Source: Acidaminococcales bacterium (lineage in GTDB: Bacteria > Bacillota > Negativicutes > Acidaminococcales > JAISLQ01). From it: DNA of 64,000 bases. Shown here piece by piece: positions 48,255 through 57,592 of the stretch. The notes under the pieces are model-generated. The model did not search any database. It saw only the letters and a program-made list of their open reading frames with translations, and was not told the origin of the DNA. How positions within the stretch are numbered: position 1 is the first letter of the stretch; each line of letters starts with the position of its first letter. The translations under genes were made by a program, and so were the position numbers. The DNA is taken from positions 67,835 to 131,834 of the forward strand of contig JAVBNN010000009.1 in the NCBI GenBank assembly GCA_031551525.1, given 5' to 3'.

Positions 48255-50579
48255 TTGTCTAAAAGACCGGTAAAGGCCCCCAATATTGTTAAGGGCGAAA
48301 TCACCGGCGTAGTATTTATCGCAGCCGCACTTTTTCTGCTGGCCAGTTTGTGGGGCTTGCGTTTAGGCGCTTTTGGCGAAACGCTGGATAAGGTATTGCA
48401 TTACGCATTTGGCTGGGGGGCTATTTTGCCCACGCTGCTCTTTTTATGGGTAGGAGTACGCTATATTTGGCGTACTTCGGAAAATGTATTTACAGTAAAA
48501 GTGTTTGCCATAGTCCTTTTGAGTATAAATATTTTGGCTTTGTTCCACCACATAGTAGTTCCGATAAACGCTGAACTTTTGCCGGCACACCTGTTGGATG
48601 GAGGCGGACTGCTGGGCGGCGCAATAGTTTTTGCTGCCCGGAAAATTTTCGGTATAGACGGAACCCTTATTTTTCTTTTGACAACCTGTTTGTGTCTAGC
48701 GATTTTTGCTTTTACCTGGTCACTGAAAAAAACCGTACAGAATGCCGGTAAAACCATTGGGCAAGGCAGTAGCGAAGCATCAGCTATGATCGCCGGAGCA
48801 GGAGAGAAACTTAAAAAAAGCACCATTTTCAACTATGAAAAAATTTTACCTTCCGATAATAGCCAGATACAGGATGACGTTATAGAAGAACCGGCCTCTA
48901 ACCGGTTGGTTATTTCTCCTGCGCCAGTCATAAAAGATGTTGTTGTACCGTTTGAGCCGGTTGTACAGCAAACTCCTGTAGTGGAAGTAAAAAAAGAAAC
49001 CTGCAACGTCAGGCAAACGGAACAAACAGATACAATCCCCGTACTAACGAAAAAAGCATTAATACCGCCAGAACCGCCCGTAATACTGCCTAAAAAGCCG
49101 GCCACTTTGCCGCCAGTAAAAGAAACAGCGCCAGATGGGTATCGGTATCCCTATCCTGCGTTATTGACCATATTGCCCGATAATGTTAAAAATACCGGAG
49201 CCGATGAGGCCATGATCCAAGCCGGTATTTTGGAACAGACTTTGGCCGATTTTAAAGTTAGTGCCAAAATAGTCGATATTGTGCATGGCCCGGCAGTTAC
49301 ACGTTTTGAAATAGAACCGGCTCCTGGGGTGAAGGTAAACCGCATAGCCAGTTTGGTAGATGATCTGACTTTAAAACTGGCCGCGCCAGGCATACGCATA
49401 GAAAACTCCATTCCCGGCAAATCGGCTATGGGAGTCGAAGTACCCAAGAAAAAAGTTTCACCGGTGGTTTTCTATGATGTTGTTACGGCTAAAGCATTTG
49501 AAGAACAGGAATCACCAATAACGGTCGCCTTAGGAAAAGATATTGCCGGGGAGACCATAGTAGCTGACATAGGTAAAATGCCGCATCTTTTAGTCGCCGG
49601 TTCCACCGGCTCCGGCAAAAGCGTTTGCATAAATACTATTATAAATAGTATTTTATTTAAAGCTTCTCCTGAACAAGTGAAGTTTATCATGGTGGATCCT
49701 AAAGTCGTAGAGTTAAGTACCTATAACGGCATCCCACACCTTCTTACTCCCGTTGTCACCAACCCGAAAAAAGCTGCCGCAGCTTTGTTTTGGGCGGTAG
49801 AGGAAATGGAAAAACGCTATCGTTTGTTTGCTGATAGCGGCGTACGGGAGATCAGTCGTTATAATAAAACAGCTCTGGAAAAAATACCGTATATCATCAT
49901 AATAATCGATGAATTAGCAGATCTGATGATGGTTGCCCCTGGCGATGTAGAAGACGCTATATGCCGTCTCGCCCAGAAGGCCAGGGCGGCGGGCCTGCAT
50001 CTGATATTGGCCACCCAGCGCCCGTCTGTTGATGTAATTACAGGCATCATAAAGGCCAATATACCATCACGTATTGCTTTTGCTGTATCTTCACAGATAG
50101 ATTCACGTACTATTCTTGATATGGGTGGCGCCGAAAAACTTTTAGGCAAGGGCGATATGCTTTATTATCCTTCGGGTATGAGCAAGCCGCTTCGAGTACA
50201 GGGTGCTTTTATTTCAGACGAAGATATAGAAACTGTTACTGATTATATAAAACAGCAGGCACTGCCGGTTGAATACAGCGACGCAGTTACGGCACATGAA
50301 CTGCCGGGCGATAAAACAGGTAAAAGTAATAATGAAGAACCATTGCTCGTTGAACAAGATGAGCTTTTACTTTCGGCTATGGATGTAATAATGCAGACCG
50401 GGCAAGCTTCGGCATCTATGTTGCAGAGGCGCATGCGTATCGGTTACACAAGGGCGGCCAGACTGATTGACAGCCTTGAGGATAGTGGTGTGATCGGCGC
50501 AGCTACTGGTACCAGCAAACCTCGTGACATACTGCTTTCTTATGACGAGGCGCGCAAACGGGTGGAAGCGGAAAATTGA
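48255..50579 (+). CDS. ftsK: DNA translocase FtsK/SpoIIIE
   Basis: N-terminal TM helices, a P/V-rich linker, motor domain (GSTGSGKSV, IIIDELADL, ATQRPSVDVITG) and a C-terminal gamma wHTH domain. Start placed at the TTG 5 nt after AGGTGG. Confidence 0.9.
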   Translation: MSKRPVKAPNIVKGEITGVVFIAAALFLLASLWGLRLGAFGETLDKVLHYAFGWGAILPTLLFLWVGVRYIWRTSENVFTVKVFAIVLLSINILALFHHIVVPINAELLPAHLLDGGGLLGGAIVFAARKIFGIDGTLIFLLTTCLCLAIFAFTWSLKKTVQNAGKTIGQGSSEASAMIAGAGEKLKKSTIFNYEKILPSDNSQIQDDVIEEPASNRLVISPAPVIKDVVVPFEPVVQQTPVVEVKKETCNVRQTEQTDTIPVLTKKALIPPEPPVILPKKPATLPPVKETAPDGYRYPYPALLTILPDNVKNTGADEAMIQAGILEQTLADFKVSAKIVDIVHGPAVTRFEIEPAPGVKVNRIASLVDDLTLKLAAPGIRIENSIPGKSAMGVEVPKKKVSPVVFYDVVTAKAFEEQESPITVALGKDIAGETIVADIGKMPHLLVAGSTGSGKSVCINTIINSILFKASPEQVKFIMVDPKVVELSTYNGIPHLLTPVVTNPKKAAAALFWAVEEMEKRYRLFADSGVREISRYNKTALEKIPYIIIIIDELADLMMVAPGDVEDAICRLAQKARAAGLHLILATQRPSVDVITGIIKANIPSRIAFAVSSQIDSRTILDMGGAEKLLGKGDMLYYPSGMSKPLRVQGAFISDEDIETVTDYIKQQALPVEYSDAVTAHELPGDKTGKSNNEEPLLVEQDELLLSAMDVIMQTGQASASMLQRRMRIGYTRAARLIDSLEDSGVIGAATGTSKPRDILLSYDEARKRVEAEN

Positions 50580-50601
50580 TATCGGGCAAAGGAGGATAAA
50601 C

Positions 50602-51411
50602 GTGTCTACAGTCGGTGAAAAGCTTCGAAACGAACGCGAACAGCAACAACTCAGCTTGCGTGACATAGAACAATCGACCAGTATAAGACTGCGTTATCTG
50701 CAAGCTATTGAGGATGGCGACTATTCAATACTGCCTGGTGAAGTATACGCAAAAGGTTTCATACGTAATTATGCAAATGTACTTGGATTTGACGGAACAG
50801 ATTTTGTGGAAATGTTCAAGCGGGAAATAACGCCGACAACAACGCCTAGCGCCGATACCGTAAAGCTGGCAGAAGAACGCCCATTAAAACAGGAACATAC
50901 TTCCGACATATTGCCTAAAAATATCACCATTAAGACAACCAAGAAACTTCGGATTATTCCTGCGTTTTTCTTGACGTTGCTTGTTTTGTGTGCAATTGGC
51001 GGCATTATATATTTTATTATGGGCTTTATGGACAAACCTCCAACCGATCCTCCTGCGCGACCGGCAAGCCCGGTAACCGTGACCAAACCTAAAGTGGCCG
51101 AACCGTCATTCCAACTGGATAAAACAAACGATCGGATTACTATCATTCCCAATCGTGGCACAATTATAGACACTATTTCCATAGATGTTACCGCAGAAGA
51201 TAAATGTTGGAAGCAGTTTTTGGCTGATGAGAAAGAAATATACAGTGGTATGCTGGGAAAAGACCAAAAAATAACTTGGAAAGCCAAAAATATAATATGG
51301 CTAAAATTTGGTGATGCTGGCGCGGTAAATCTTACGGTAAACGGACAACCTTCAGGAAAACCGGGAATAATAGGACAGGTAGTGGAAACTACCGTTACCA
51401 TACGTAGATAG
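50602..51411 (+). CDS. rodZ: RodZ-like cytoskeleton protein (XRE HTH + TM + DUF4115)
   Basis: VGEKLRNEREQQQLSLRDIEQSTSIRLRYLQAIEDGDY, a central TM helix, and a C-terminal beta-rich domain ending in GDAGAV.L.VNG. GTG start 7 nt after AGGAGG. Confidence 0.75.
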   Translation: MSTVGEKLRNEREQQQLSLRDIEQSTSIRLRYLQAIEDGDYSILPGEVYAKGFIRNYANVLGFDGTDFVEMFKREITPTTTPSADTVKLAEERPLKQEHTSDILPKNITIKTTKKLRIIPAFFLTLLVLCAIGGIIYFIMGFMDKPPTDPPARPASPVTVTKPKVAEPSFQLDKTNDRITIIPNRGTIIDTISIDVTAEDKCWKQFLADEKEIYSGMLGKDQKITWKAKNIIWLKFGDAGAVNLTVNGQPSGKPGIIGQVVETTVTIRR

Positions 51412-51427
51412 AAGGTAAACGAAAGTT

Positions 51428-53281
51428 ATGTCAAATGGTTTTTTGACCATTAGTAAAAATGATATGAAAGAACGTGGCTGGGAGAGACTGGATTTTCTCT
51501 TTGTCAGCGGCGACGCATATGTGGATCACCCGTCTTTTTGTGCGCCATTGATTTGCCGCGTTTTAGAAGCCAGAGGATACAAAGTCGGACTCATCTGCCA
51601 GCCGGATTGGCGCTCTACCCAAGATTTCAAGGCATTGGGAAAACCTCGTTTAGGCATACTTGTTTCAGCAGGTAATCTTGACTCGATGCTCAGTAAATAC
51701 ACAGCAGCGAAAAAACAACGGAGCCAAGACGCGTATTCGCCTGGCGGGCAGACAAACAGACGCCCAGACCGGGCGACAATTGTTTATTGCAACAGACTGC
51801 GTGAAATATGGAAAGACGTACCTTTGATAGTGGGGGGCATAGAAGCAAGCCTGCGCCGTTTTACCCATTATGACTACTGGTCCGACTCTTTGCGCCGCTC
51901 TATACTGGTCGATACTAAGGCCGACCTTCTTATTTACGGAATGGGTGAAAAGCAGATAGTGGAAATTGCCGATTGTCTGGCTGGCGGTATGCCGATAGGA
52001 GAAATGCGCCATATAAACGGAACCGCCTTTTTGCAGGACGATTTGGCTGATGTATCAGAAGAATATGTTTTATTGCCCAGTCACGAAGATATTCTCACAA
52101 ATAAAAAGCTTTTTGCCAAAGCATTTTACTCGCAATATTTGGAGCAGGATCCGATTCGAGGAAAAACAGTAGTACAAAAAAGCCGGGAAAGCTTCATTGT
52201 TCAAAGAAAACCGGCTTTTCCGCTTAACGAAAAAGAAATCGACGGAGTTTATGACCTTCCTTTCAAACGTACGTGGCATCCCTCGTACGATACAGAAGGA
52301 GGCGTGCCGGCCATCGAAGAAGTCCAGTTTAGCATCATAAGCCATCGCGGTTGTTTTGGAAGCTGCGCATTTTGCGCTATACACACTCATCAGGGACGTA
52401 TCATACAGGCTCGCAGTCATGCTTCTATTTTGAAGGAAGCGCAGGATATAATAAAATCCCCGACTTTTAAAGGGTATATCCACGACGTGGGAGGGCCTAC
52501 CGCCAATTTTCGCCAGCCGTCCTGTGCCAAACAATTACAAACAGGAACCTGCAAGGATCGGCAGTGCCTTTCTCCCACTCCTTGTCCTCAACTGTTGGCA
52601 GATCATAGCGACTATCTGGACTTACTTAAAAAAATACGCGTTCTGCCCGGCGTAAAGAAAGTCTTTATCCGTTCAGGAATACGTTACGACTATGTATTGG
52701 CTGATAGAAAAACCCATTTTTTGCGTGAACTTTGCCAACATCACGTCAGCGGACAGTTAAAAATAGCCCCAGAGCATGTCAGCCCGGGCGTTTTGAAAAT
52801 AATGGGTAAACCTGGTAAAAATAAATACCTGACCTTTATTAAAGAATATGAGAAAATGAATGCCTTACTGGGAAAAAAGCAATATCTTGTTCCGTACTAT
52901 ATTTCCAGCCATCCGGGCTGCGACTTGGCAAACGCGGTGGAACTGGCGGAATTCATCAGGGATTCAGGCCACTACCCGGAACAGGTGCAGGACTTTATCC
53001 CTACGCCCGGTAGTGCCGCTACCGCTATGTATTATAGTGGTATAGATCCTTTTACCGGAAAAAACCTTTTTGTTGCGAAAAATGTCTACGATAAAGCCAT
53101 GCAACGAGCGCTCATGCAATACAAAAATCCTAAAAACCGTGAATTAATAACGGCTGCTTTGGAAAAATGCGAACGAAGCGACTTGATTGGACCTGGAGAA
53201 AAATGTTTGATTAAACCGCTGACGCAAAAAACACGCGGAAAAGTTTTTTCAAAAAATAAAAAGCAACATTTACACAAGTAA
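51428..53281 (+). CDS. ygiQ: YgiQ-family radical SAM protein (UPF0313)
   Basis: 617 aa. FLFVSGDAYVDHPSF N-terminus, radical-SAM cluster HRGCFGSCAFC and a lysine-rich C-terminus. Confidence 0.85.
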   Translation: MSNGFLTISKNDMKERGWERLDFLFVSGDAYVDHPSFCAPLICRVLEARGYKVGLICQPDWRSTQDFKALGKPRLGILVSAGNLDSMLSKYTAAKKQRSQDAYSPGGQTNRRPDRATIVYCNRLREIWKDVPLIVGGIEASLRRFTHYDYWSDSLRRSILVDTKADLLIYGMGEKQIVEIADCLAGGMPIGEMRHINGTAFLQDDLADVSEEYVLLPSHEDILTNKKLFAKAFYSQYLEQDPIRGKTVVQKSRESFIVQRKPAFPLNEKEIDGVYDLPFKRTWHPSYDTEGGVPAIEEVQFSIISHRGCFGSCAFCAIHTHQGRIIQARSHASILKEAQDIIKSPTFKGYIHDVGGPTANFRQPSCAKQLQTGTCKDRQCLSPTPCPQLLADHSDYLDLLKKIRVLPGVKKVFIRSGIRYDYVLADRKTHFLRELCQHHVSGQLKIAPEHVSPGVLKIMGKPGKNKYLTFIKEYEKMNALLGKKQYLVPYYISSHPGCDLANAVELAEFIRDSGHYPEQVQDFIPTPGSAATAMYYSGIDPFTGKNLFVAKNVYDKAMQRALMQYKNPKNRELITAALEKCERSDLIGPGEKCLIKPLTQKTRGKVFSKNKKQHLHK

Positions 53282-53322
53282 AGCCAACGTAATATAATAT
53301 CATGAGGAGCCAAAAATAAATA

Positions 53323-54681
53323 ATGAGCATAAAAATTGGACTGGTAAGTCTGGGCTGTCCAAAAAATCTGGTGGATTCAGAAAACATGTTGGGCTTACTG
53401 AAAGAAAAAGAGTTTATCCTAACGCCTGAGCCAGCTTTAGCAGATGTTATCATCGTCAATACATGCGGTTTTATTGAGTCTGCTAAAGAAGAATCAATAC
53501 AGGCTGTGTTGGAAATGGCTGAATACAAGAAAAGCGGACAATGCAAAATATTGATTTTAGCCGGTTGTTTAGGTGAACGGTATGCTGAAGAATTGATTGA
53601 AGAAATGCCGGAAGTGGATGTTATAGCCGGTTCCCACGCCTGGCACGATATAGTGGGAACCATAAGGCGCGCACTGGCTGGAGAACGTTTTGTAGTAAGG
53701 CCGGCCGAAGCCGTTTTGAATATAGTTAAAGAGCGTGTCCTTACTACGCCAAAACATACCGCCTACCTAAAAATAGCCGAAGGATGCGATAATGCCTGTT
53801 CTTACTGTGTAATACCGCAATTGCGCGGTCCATATAAAAGCAAGCTTTTTTCCGATGTAATCGCCGAAGCGCAAAAAATGGCTGGAGAGGGAGTAAAAGA
53901 ACTCATCCTGGTAGCGCAGGATGTCACCAGATATGGAGAAGATCTTACGGGAAGTTTGCTGTTGCCGGATTTGCTGGAAGCCTTAACCCAAATCCCGGGG
54001 GTGGAATGGCTAAGGCTCATGTACGCCTACCCGCAGTATATAACCGGTCGTTTACTCGATACTATTGCCGCCCAGCCTAAAGCTTGCAAATATCTCGATA
54101 TCCCGCTACAGCACGCAAGCACTTCGGTGCTTGATCGTATGAACAGGCCGGATAGTAAAGAAAGCATTACCAATCTTTTAACAGCCATCCGCAAAACAAT
54201 TCCCGGTATTTGTTTGCGTACCACTTTCATCGTCGGTTTTCCCGGCGAAACAGAACAAGAATACCAAGAACTGAAAAAATTTTTGCTGGAACAAAAGTTT
54301 GACCGTGTGGGCATCTTCTCCTATTCGCAAGAAGAGGGCACTGTGGCGGCCGAGTTGCCACAGGTAGACGAAGAAACAAAAGAACGGCGCTTTCACGAAC
54401 TCATGTCTTTGCAGGCGCGTATTTCTGAAGAAAAAAATGTTGACCTTGAAGGTAGTGAACTGACTGTTATGGTAGAAACCATAGAAGACGCCGAAGCGTC
54501 AGTGCCGGCCGCCGGCCGCTCTTACCGTGAAGCCCCTGACATAGATGGGGTGGTTTATCTAGAAAAAACAGTTGGTTTGGAGTTAAAACCCGGTGATATA
54601 GTAACGGTCCGTGTACTGCAAGGATTTAGCTATGATCTGGCAGCGGAAGTAATTCATCCAAAGGCAGGGGATACCCGATGA
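53323..54681 (+). CDS. rimO: ribosomal protein S12 methylthiotransferase
   Basis: LVSLGCPKNLVDSE, NTCGFI, EGCDNACSYC and a C-terminal TRAM domain. Confidence 0.9.
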   Translation: MSIKIGLVSLGCPKNLVDSENMLGLLKEKEFILTPEPALADVIIVNTCGFIESAKEESIQAVLEMAEYKKSGQCKILILAGCLGERYAEELIEEMPEVDVIAGSHAWHDIVGTIRRALAGERFVVRPAEAVLNIVKERVLTTPKHTAYLKIAEGCDNACSYCVIPQLRGPYKSKLFSDVIAEAQKMAGEGVKELILVAQDVTRYGEDLTGSLLLPDLLEALTQIPGVEWLRLMYAYPQYITGRLLDTIAAQPKACKYLDIPLQHASTSVLDRMNRPDSKESITNLLTAIRKTIPGICLRTTFIVGFPGETEQEYQELKKFLLEQKFDRVGIFSYSQEEGTVAAELPQVDEETKERRFHELMSLQARISEEKNVDLEGSELTVMVETIEDAEASVPAAGRSYREAPDIDGVVYLEKTVGLELKPGDIVTVRVLQGFSYDLAAEVIHPKAGDTR

Positions 54682-55913
54682 AAGTAGAAATCGTCAGCAC
54701 CGGAACCGAATTGTTACTGGGTGAGATAGTAAACACGAATTTTCAGTATTTGGCGGGAAGGTTAAACGCTTTAGGTTTTGATGTTTTATACGAAACTACT
54801 GTGGGCGATAACTATGGGCGCATGAAAGACGTCCTGGCGCATGCCTTGGAGCGAGCAGATATCGTCATCACAAGCGGAGGGCTCGGGCCGACCCAAGGCG
54901 ATATAACAAAAGAAGTAACAGCCGACCTCTTACAAAAACCACTATTTATGGATAAAGAGATACTGTCTGACCTGGAAAAGTTTTTCGCTTTTCGCGGAAT
55001 CTGTATGCCGCAAAATAATGCCAAACAGGCTATGGTACCGCAAGATGGCATTGTTTTACCAAATAAATGCGGCACGGCTCCCGGCATACTTATCGAACAC
55101 GATAATAAAATCATAGCCAACCTGCCCGGCCCTCCTCGCGAATTAAAAGACATGTTTGAAAAACAGTTGGCGCCCTGGCTTATCAATAAATATGGACAGC
55201 AAGGAGTCATCTATTCATATACCCTTAAATCGGCGGGTTTGGGAGAGTCTACCGTAGCGGAAAAACTGGCCGATTTGATAAGCGAGCAGAGCAACCCGAC
55301 CATCGCTTTATATGCCCGCCAAGGAGATATCCGAATTCGTATCACCGCTAAAGCAGACGATGAAGAAACCGCTAAAAGACTTACTAGCGACTTGGCTGAT
55401 AAAGTGCGCGGGCGGCTTGATTCTATCTATGGCGAGGGTGATGACACCCTCGCGTCTGTTCTGGGCGATACTTTGCGCGAACGCCAACTTACTATTTCTA
55501 TCGCTGAATCCTGTACCGGCGGTCTCGTAAGCAACATGCTGACGGATATTGCTGGAAGCTCAGGTTATTTCAATGGCGCGGCCGTAACTTACAGTAACCA
55601 GGCTAAGCAAGACATCCTGGGAGTAAATATGGCTGACCTCTCAACTTATGGCGCAGTCAGCGCAGAAATCGCTGCTCAAATGGCCGAAGGCGCGGCCCGG
55701 CATTTTAACAGCAACCTTGGTATAGGCATCACCGGCATCGCCGGTCCGGGCGGCGGTAGTGAGGAAAAGCCGGTAGGTACAGTATATATTGCCATTTGTT
55801 TTTCCGGGCATACTACAACAAAAAGACATACTTTTTCCGGTCAGCGCGCCGATATAAAACTGCGTACAGCTAGCATGGCTATGCTGGATGCTATAAAAAC
55901 CATAAAAGGCTAA
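54678..55913 (+). CDS. cinA: competence/damage-inducible protein CinA (MoCF-binding + PncC NMN deamidase domains)
   Basis: VEIVSTGTELLLGEIVNTN, TSGGLGPT.D.T and the C-terminal AESCTGG motif. Confidence 0.9.
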   Translation: MKVEIVSTGTELLLGEIVNTNFQYLAGRLNALGFDVLYETTVGDNYGRMKDVLAHALERADIVITSGGLGPTQGDITKEVTADLLQKPLFMDKEILSDLEKFFAFRGICMPQNNAKQAMVPQDGIVLPNKCGTAPGILIEHDNKIIANLPGPPRELKDMFEKQLAPWLINKYGQQGVIYSYTLKSAGLGESTVAEKLADLISEQSNPTIALYARQGDIRIRITAKADDEETAKRLTSDLADKVRGRLDSIYGEGDDTLASVLGDTLRERQLTISIAESCTGGLVSNMLTDIAGSSGYFNGAAVTYSNQAKQDILGVNMADLSTYGAVSAEIAAQMAEGAARHFNSNLGIGITGIAGPGGGSEEKPVGTVYIAICFSGHTTTKRHTFSGQRADIKLRTASMAMLDAIKTIKG

Positions 55914-55932
55914 TTTAGGAGGAAATATTTGC

Positions 55933-57519
55933 ATGACAATAAATCAAACCAGTACTTTTGGAGACATAGTTTTAGATAAAAAAATAGTGGGTGCGCTTAC
56001 CGATATGGGCTTTGAAGAACCATCGCCCATACAGACACAAACTATACCTTTGGTATTGTCCGGGAAAGACGTTATTGGGCAAGCTCAAACAGGAACGGGC
56101 AAGACCGCGGCTTTTGGCATTCCCATTACACAAAATATAGCAGCCGATTCTCGTAAAATACAGGCGCTTATCATGACGCCGACCCGTGAACTGGCAATAC
56201 AGGTGTCGGAAGAACTAAGCAAGATCGGTCGTTTGCGCCGCATAAAAGCCCTGCCGGTGTACGGCGGACAACCGATCGACCGCCAGATCCGTGCGCTCCA
56301 TATGGGCGTGCAGGTGGTTATCGGTACGCCGGGGCGGTTGCTCGATCATATACGCCGCAATACCATCAAGCTTGATAACATAAAATTTTTAGTTCTCGAT
56401 GAAGCCGATGAAATGCTCGATATGGGTTTTATCGACGATATCGAAACCATTATCAAAAATATACCCGAAGAAAGACAAACTCTGCTTTTTTCTGCGACCA
56501 TGCCCAGGCCCATCTTGCGTCTGGCAGAGCGTTACATGAAATCGCCTGCTGTGGTCAGTGTAAGCAAAGAAGAACTGACCGTTCCTTTGATCGATCAATA
56601 TTACTACGAAACAAATAACAAAGTAGATGGACTTTGTATGGTGCTGGATGTTGAAGATGTAGATAAAAGTATCATTTTTTGCCGTACCAAAAAAGGCGTA
56701 GATGAACTGGTCAGCGCACTTGGCAACCGGGGGTATTTCGCAGAAGGCCTGCATGGCGACCTTAGCCAAAGCCAGCGCGACCGGGTAATGAAAAAATTCC
56801 GCGAAGGCAAGGTAGATATTCTTGTCGCCACTGACGTGGCGGCGCGCGGTCTTGATATAGACAACGTAACCCACTCGATAAATTTCGATATACCGCAAGA
56901 CCCGGAAAGTTATGTGCACCGTATCGGGCGTACCGGCCGTGCCGGCAATAAAGGCACGGCGCTGACCTTTATTACTCCGCGTGAATTTCGCCAGCTAAAA
57001 CTTATCGAAAAAATAACCAAGACACGCATAGTGAGAAAAAGCCTGCCTACAGCCGTAAATGTGCTCGAGAGGCAGCGAGATGTGATCATTTCACGTATGT
57101 TCACTATCCTTGAACAAGATAAATTTCATAGCTATAAACCCATTGTAGAAGAACTGCTTGAAGAATACAGCGCTGAAGATATAGCCGCCGCCGCGCTAAA
57201 GTTCATGCAGGAAGGCTCTAAAGCCATGGAGGCAGAAGAAAAAGGCACCATTTTTGCCAATACCGGCGGCAAAGTTGGTATGGTACGTTTGTTTATGAAT
57301 GTAGGACGCAGTCAAAAAATAGCCCCGGAAGATATTGTACGCAAAATTGCCAGTGAAGCCGATATTCCGGGCAATACAATAGGGCTTATCAACATATACG
57401 ATAAATTTACTTTTGTTGAAATACCTGAAAATGTGGCGGAAAAAGTTGTTAGTGTGATGCACAAGAGCACCATCAAAGGCTTCAAAGTAAATGTCGAACC
57501 CGCCCGAGGACGGGACTGA
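55933..57519 (+). CDS. DEAD-box ATP-dependent RNA helicase with DbpA-type C-terminal RNA-binding domain
   Basis: Q-motif (F..PSPIQ), AQTGTGKT, PTRELA, DEAD, SAT, HRIGRTGRAG. The C-terminal region MVRLFMNVGR...IGLINIYDKFTFVEIP resembles a DbpA domain. Confidence 0.9.
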   Translation: MTINQTSTFGDIVLDKKIVGALTDMGFEEPSPIQTQTIPLVLSGKDVIGQAQTGTGKTAAFGIPITQNIAADSRKIQALIMTPTRELAIQVSEELSKIGRLRRIKALPVYGGQPIDRQIRALHMGVQVVIGTPGRLLDHIRRNTIKLDNIKFLVLDEADEMLDMGFIDDIETIIKNIPEERQTLLFSATMPRPILRLAERYMKSPAVVSVSKEELTVPLIDQYYYETNNKVDGLCMVLDVEDVDKSIIFCRTKKGVDELVSALGNRGYFAEGLHGDLSQSQRDRVMKKFREGKVDILVATDVAARGLDIDNVTHSINFDIPQDPESYVHRIGRTGRAGNKGTALTFITPREFRQLKLIEKITKTRIVRKSLPTAVNVLERQRDVIISRMFTILEQDKFHSYKPIVEELLEEYSAEDIAAAALKFMQEGSKAMEAEEKGTIFANTGGKVGMVRLFMNVGRSQKIAPEDIVRKIASEADIPGNTIGLINIYDKFTFVEIPENVAEKVVSVMHKSTIKGFKVNVEPARGRD

Positions 57520-57525
57520 ATAATA

Positions 57526-57556
57526 AAAACCGGTTCTTAGTGAACCGGTTTTATTT
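57526..57556 (+). terminator. intrinsic terminator
   Basis: AAAACCGGTTC-ttagt-GAACCGGTTTT followed by ATTT. Confidence 0.8.
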
Positions 57557-57592
57557 CCAACGGTCTGTTTTTAAAACACTGGGGGGATCAAT

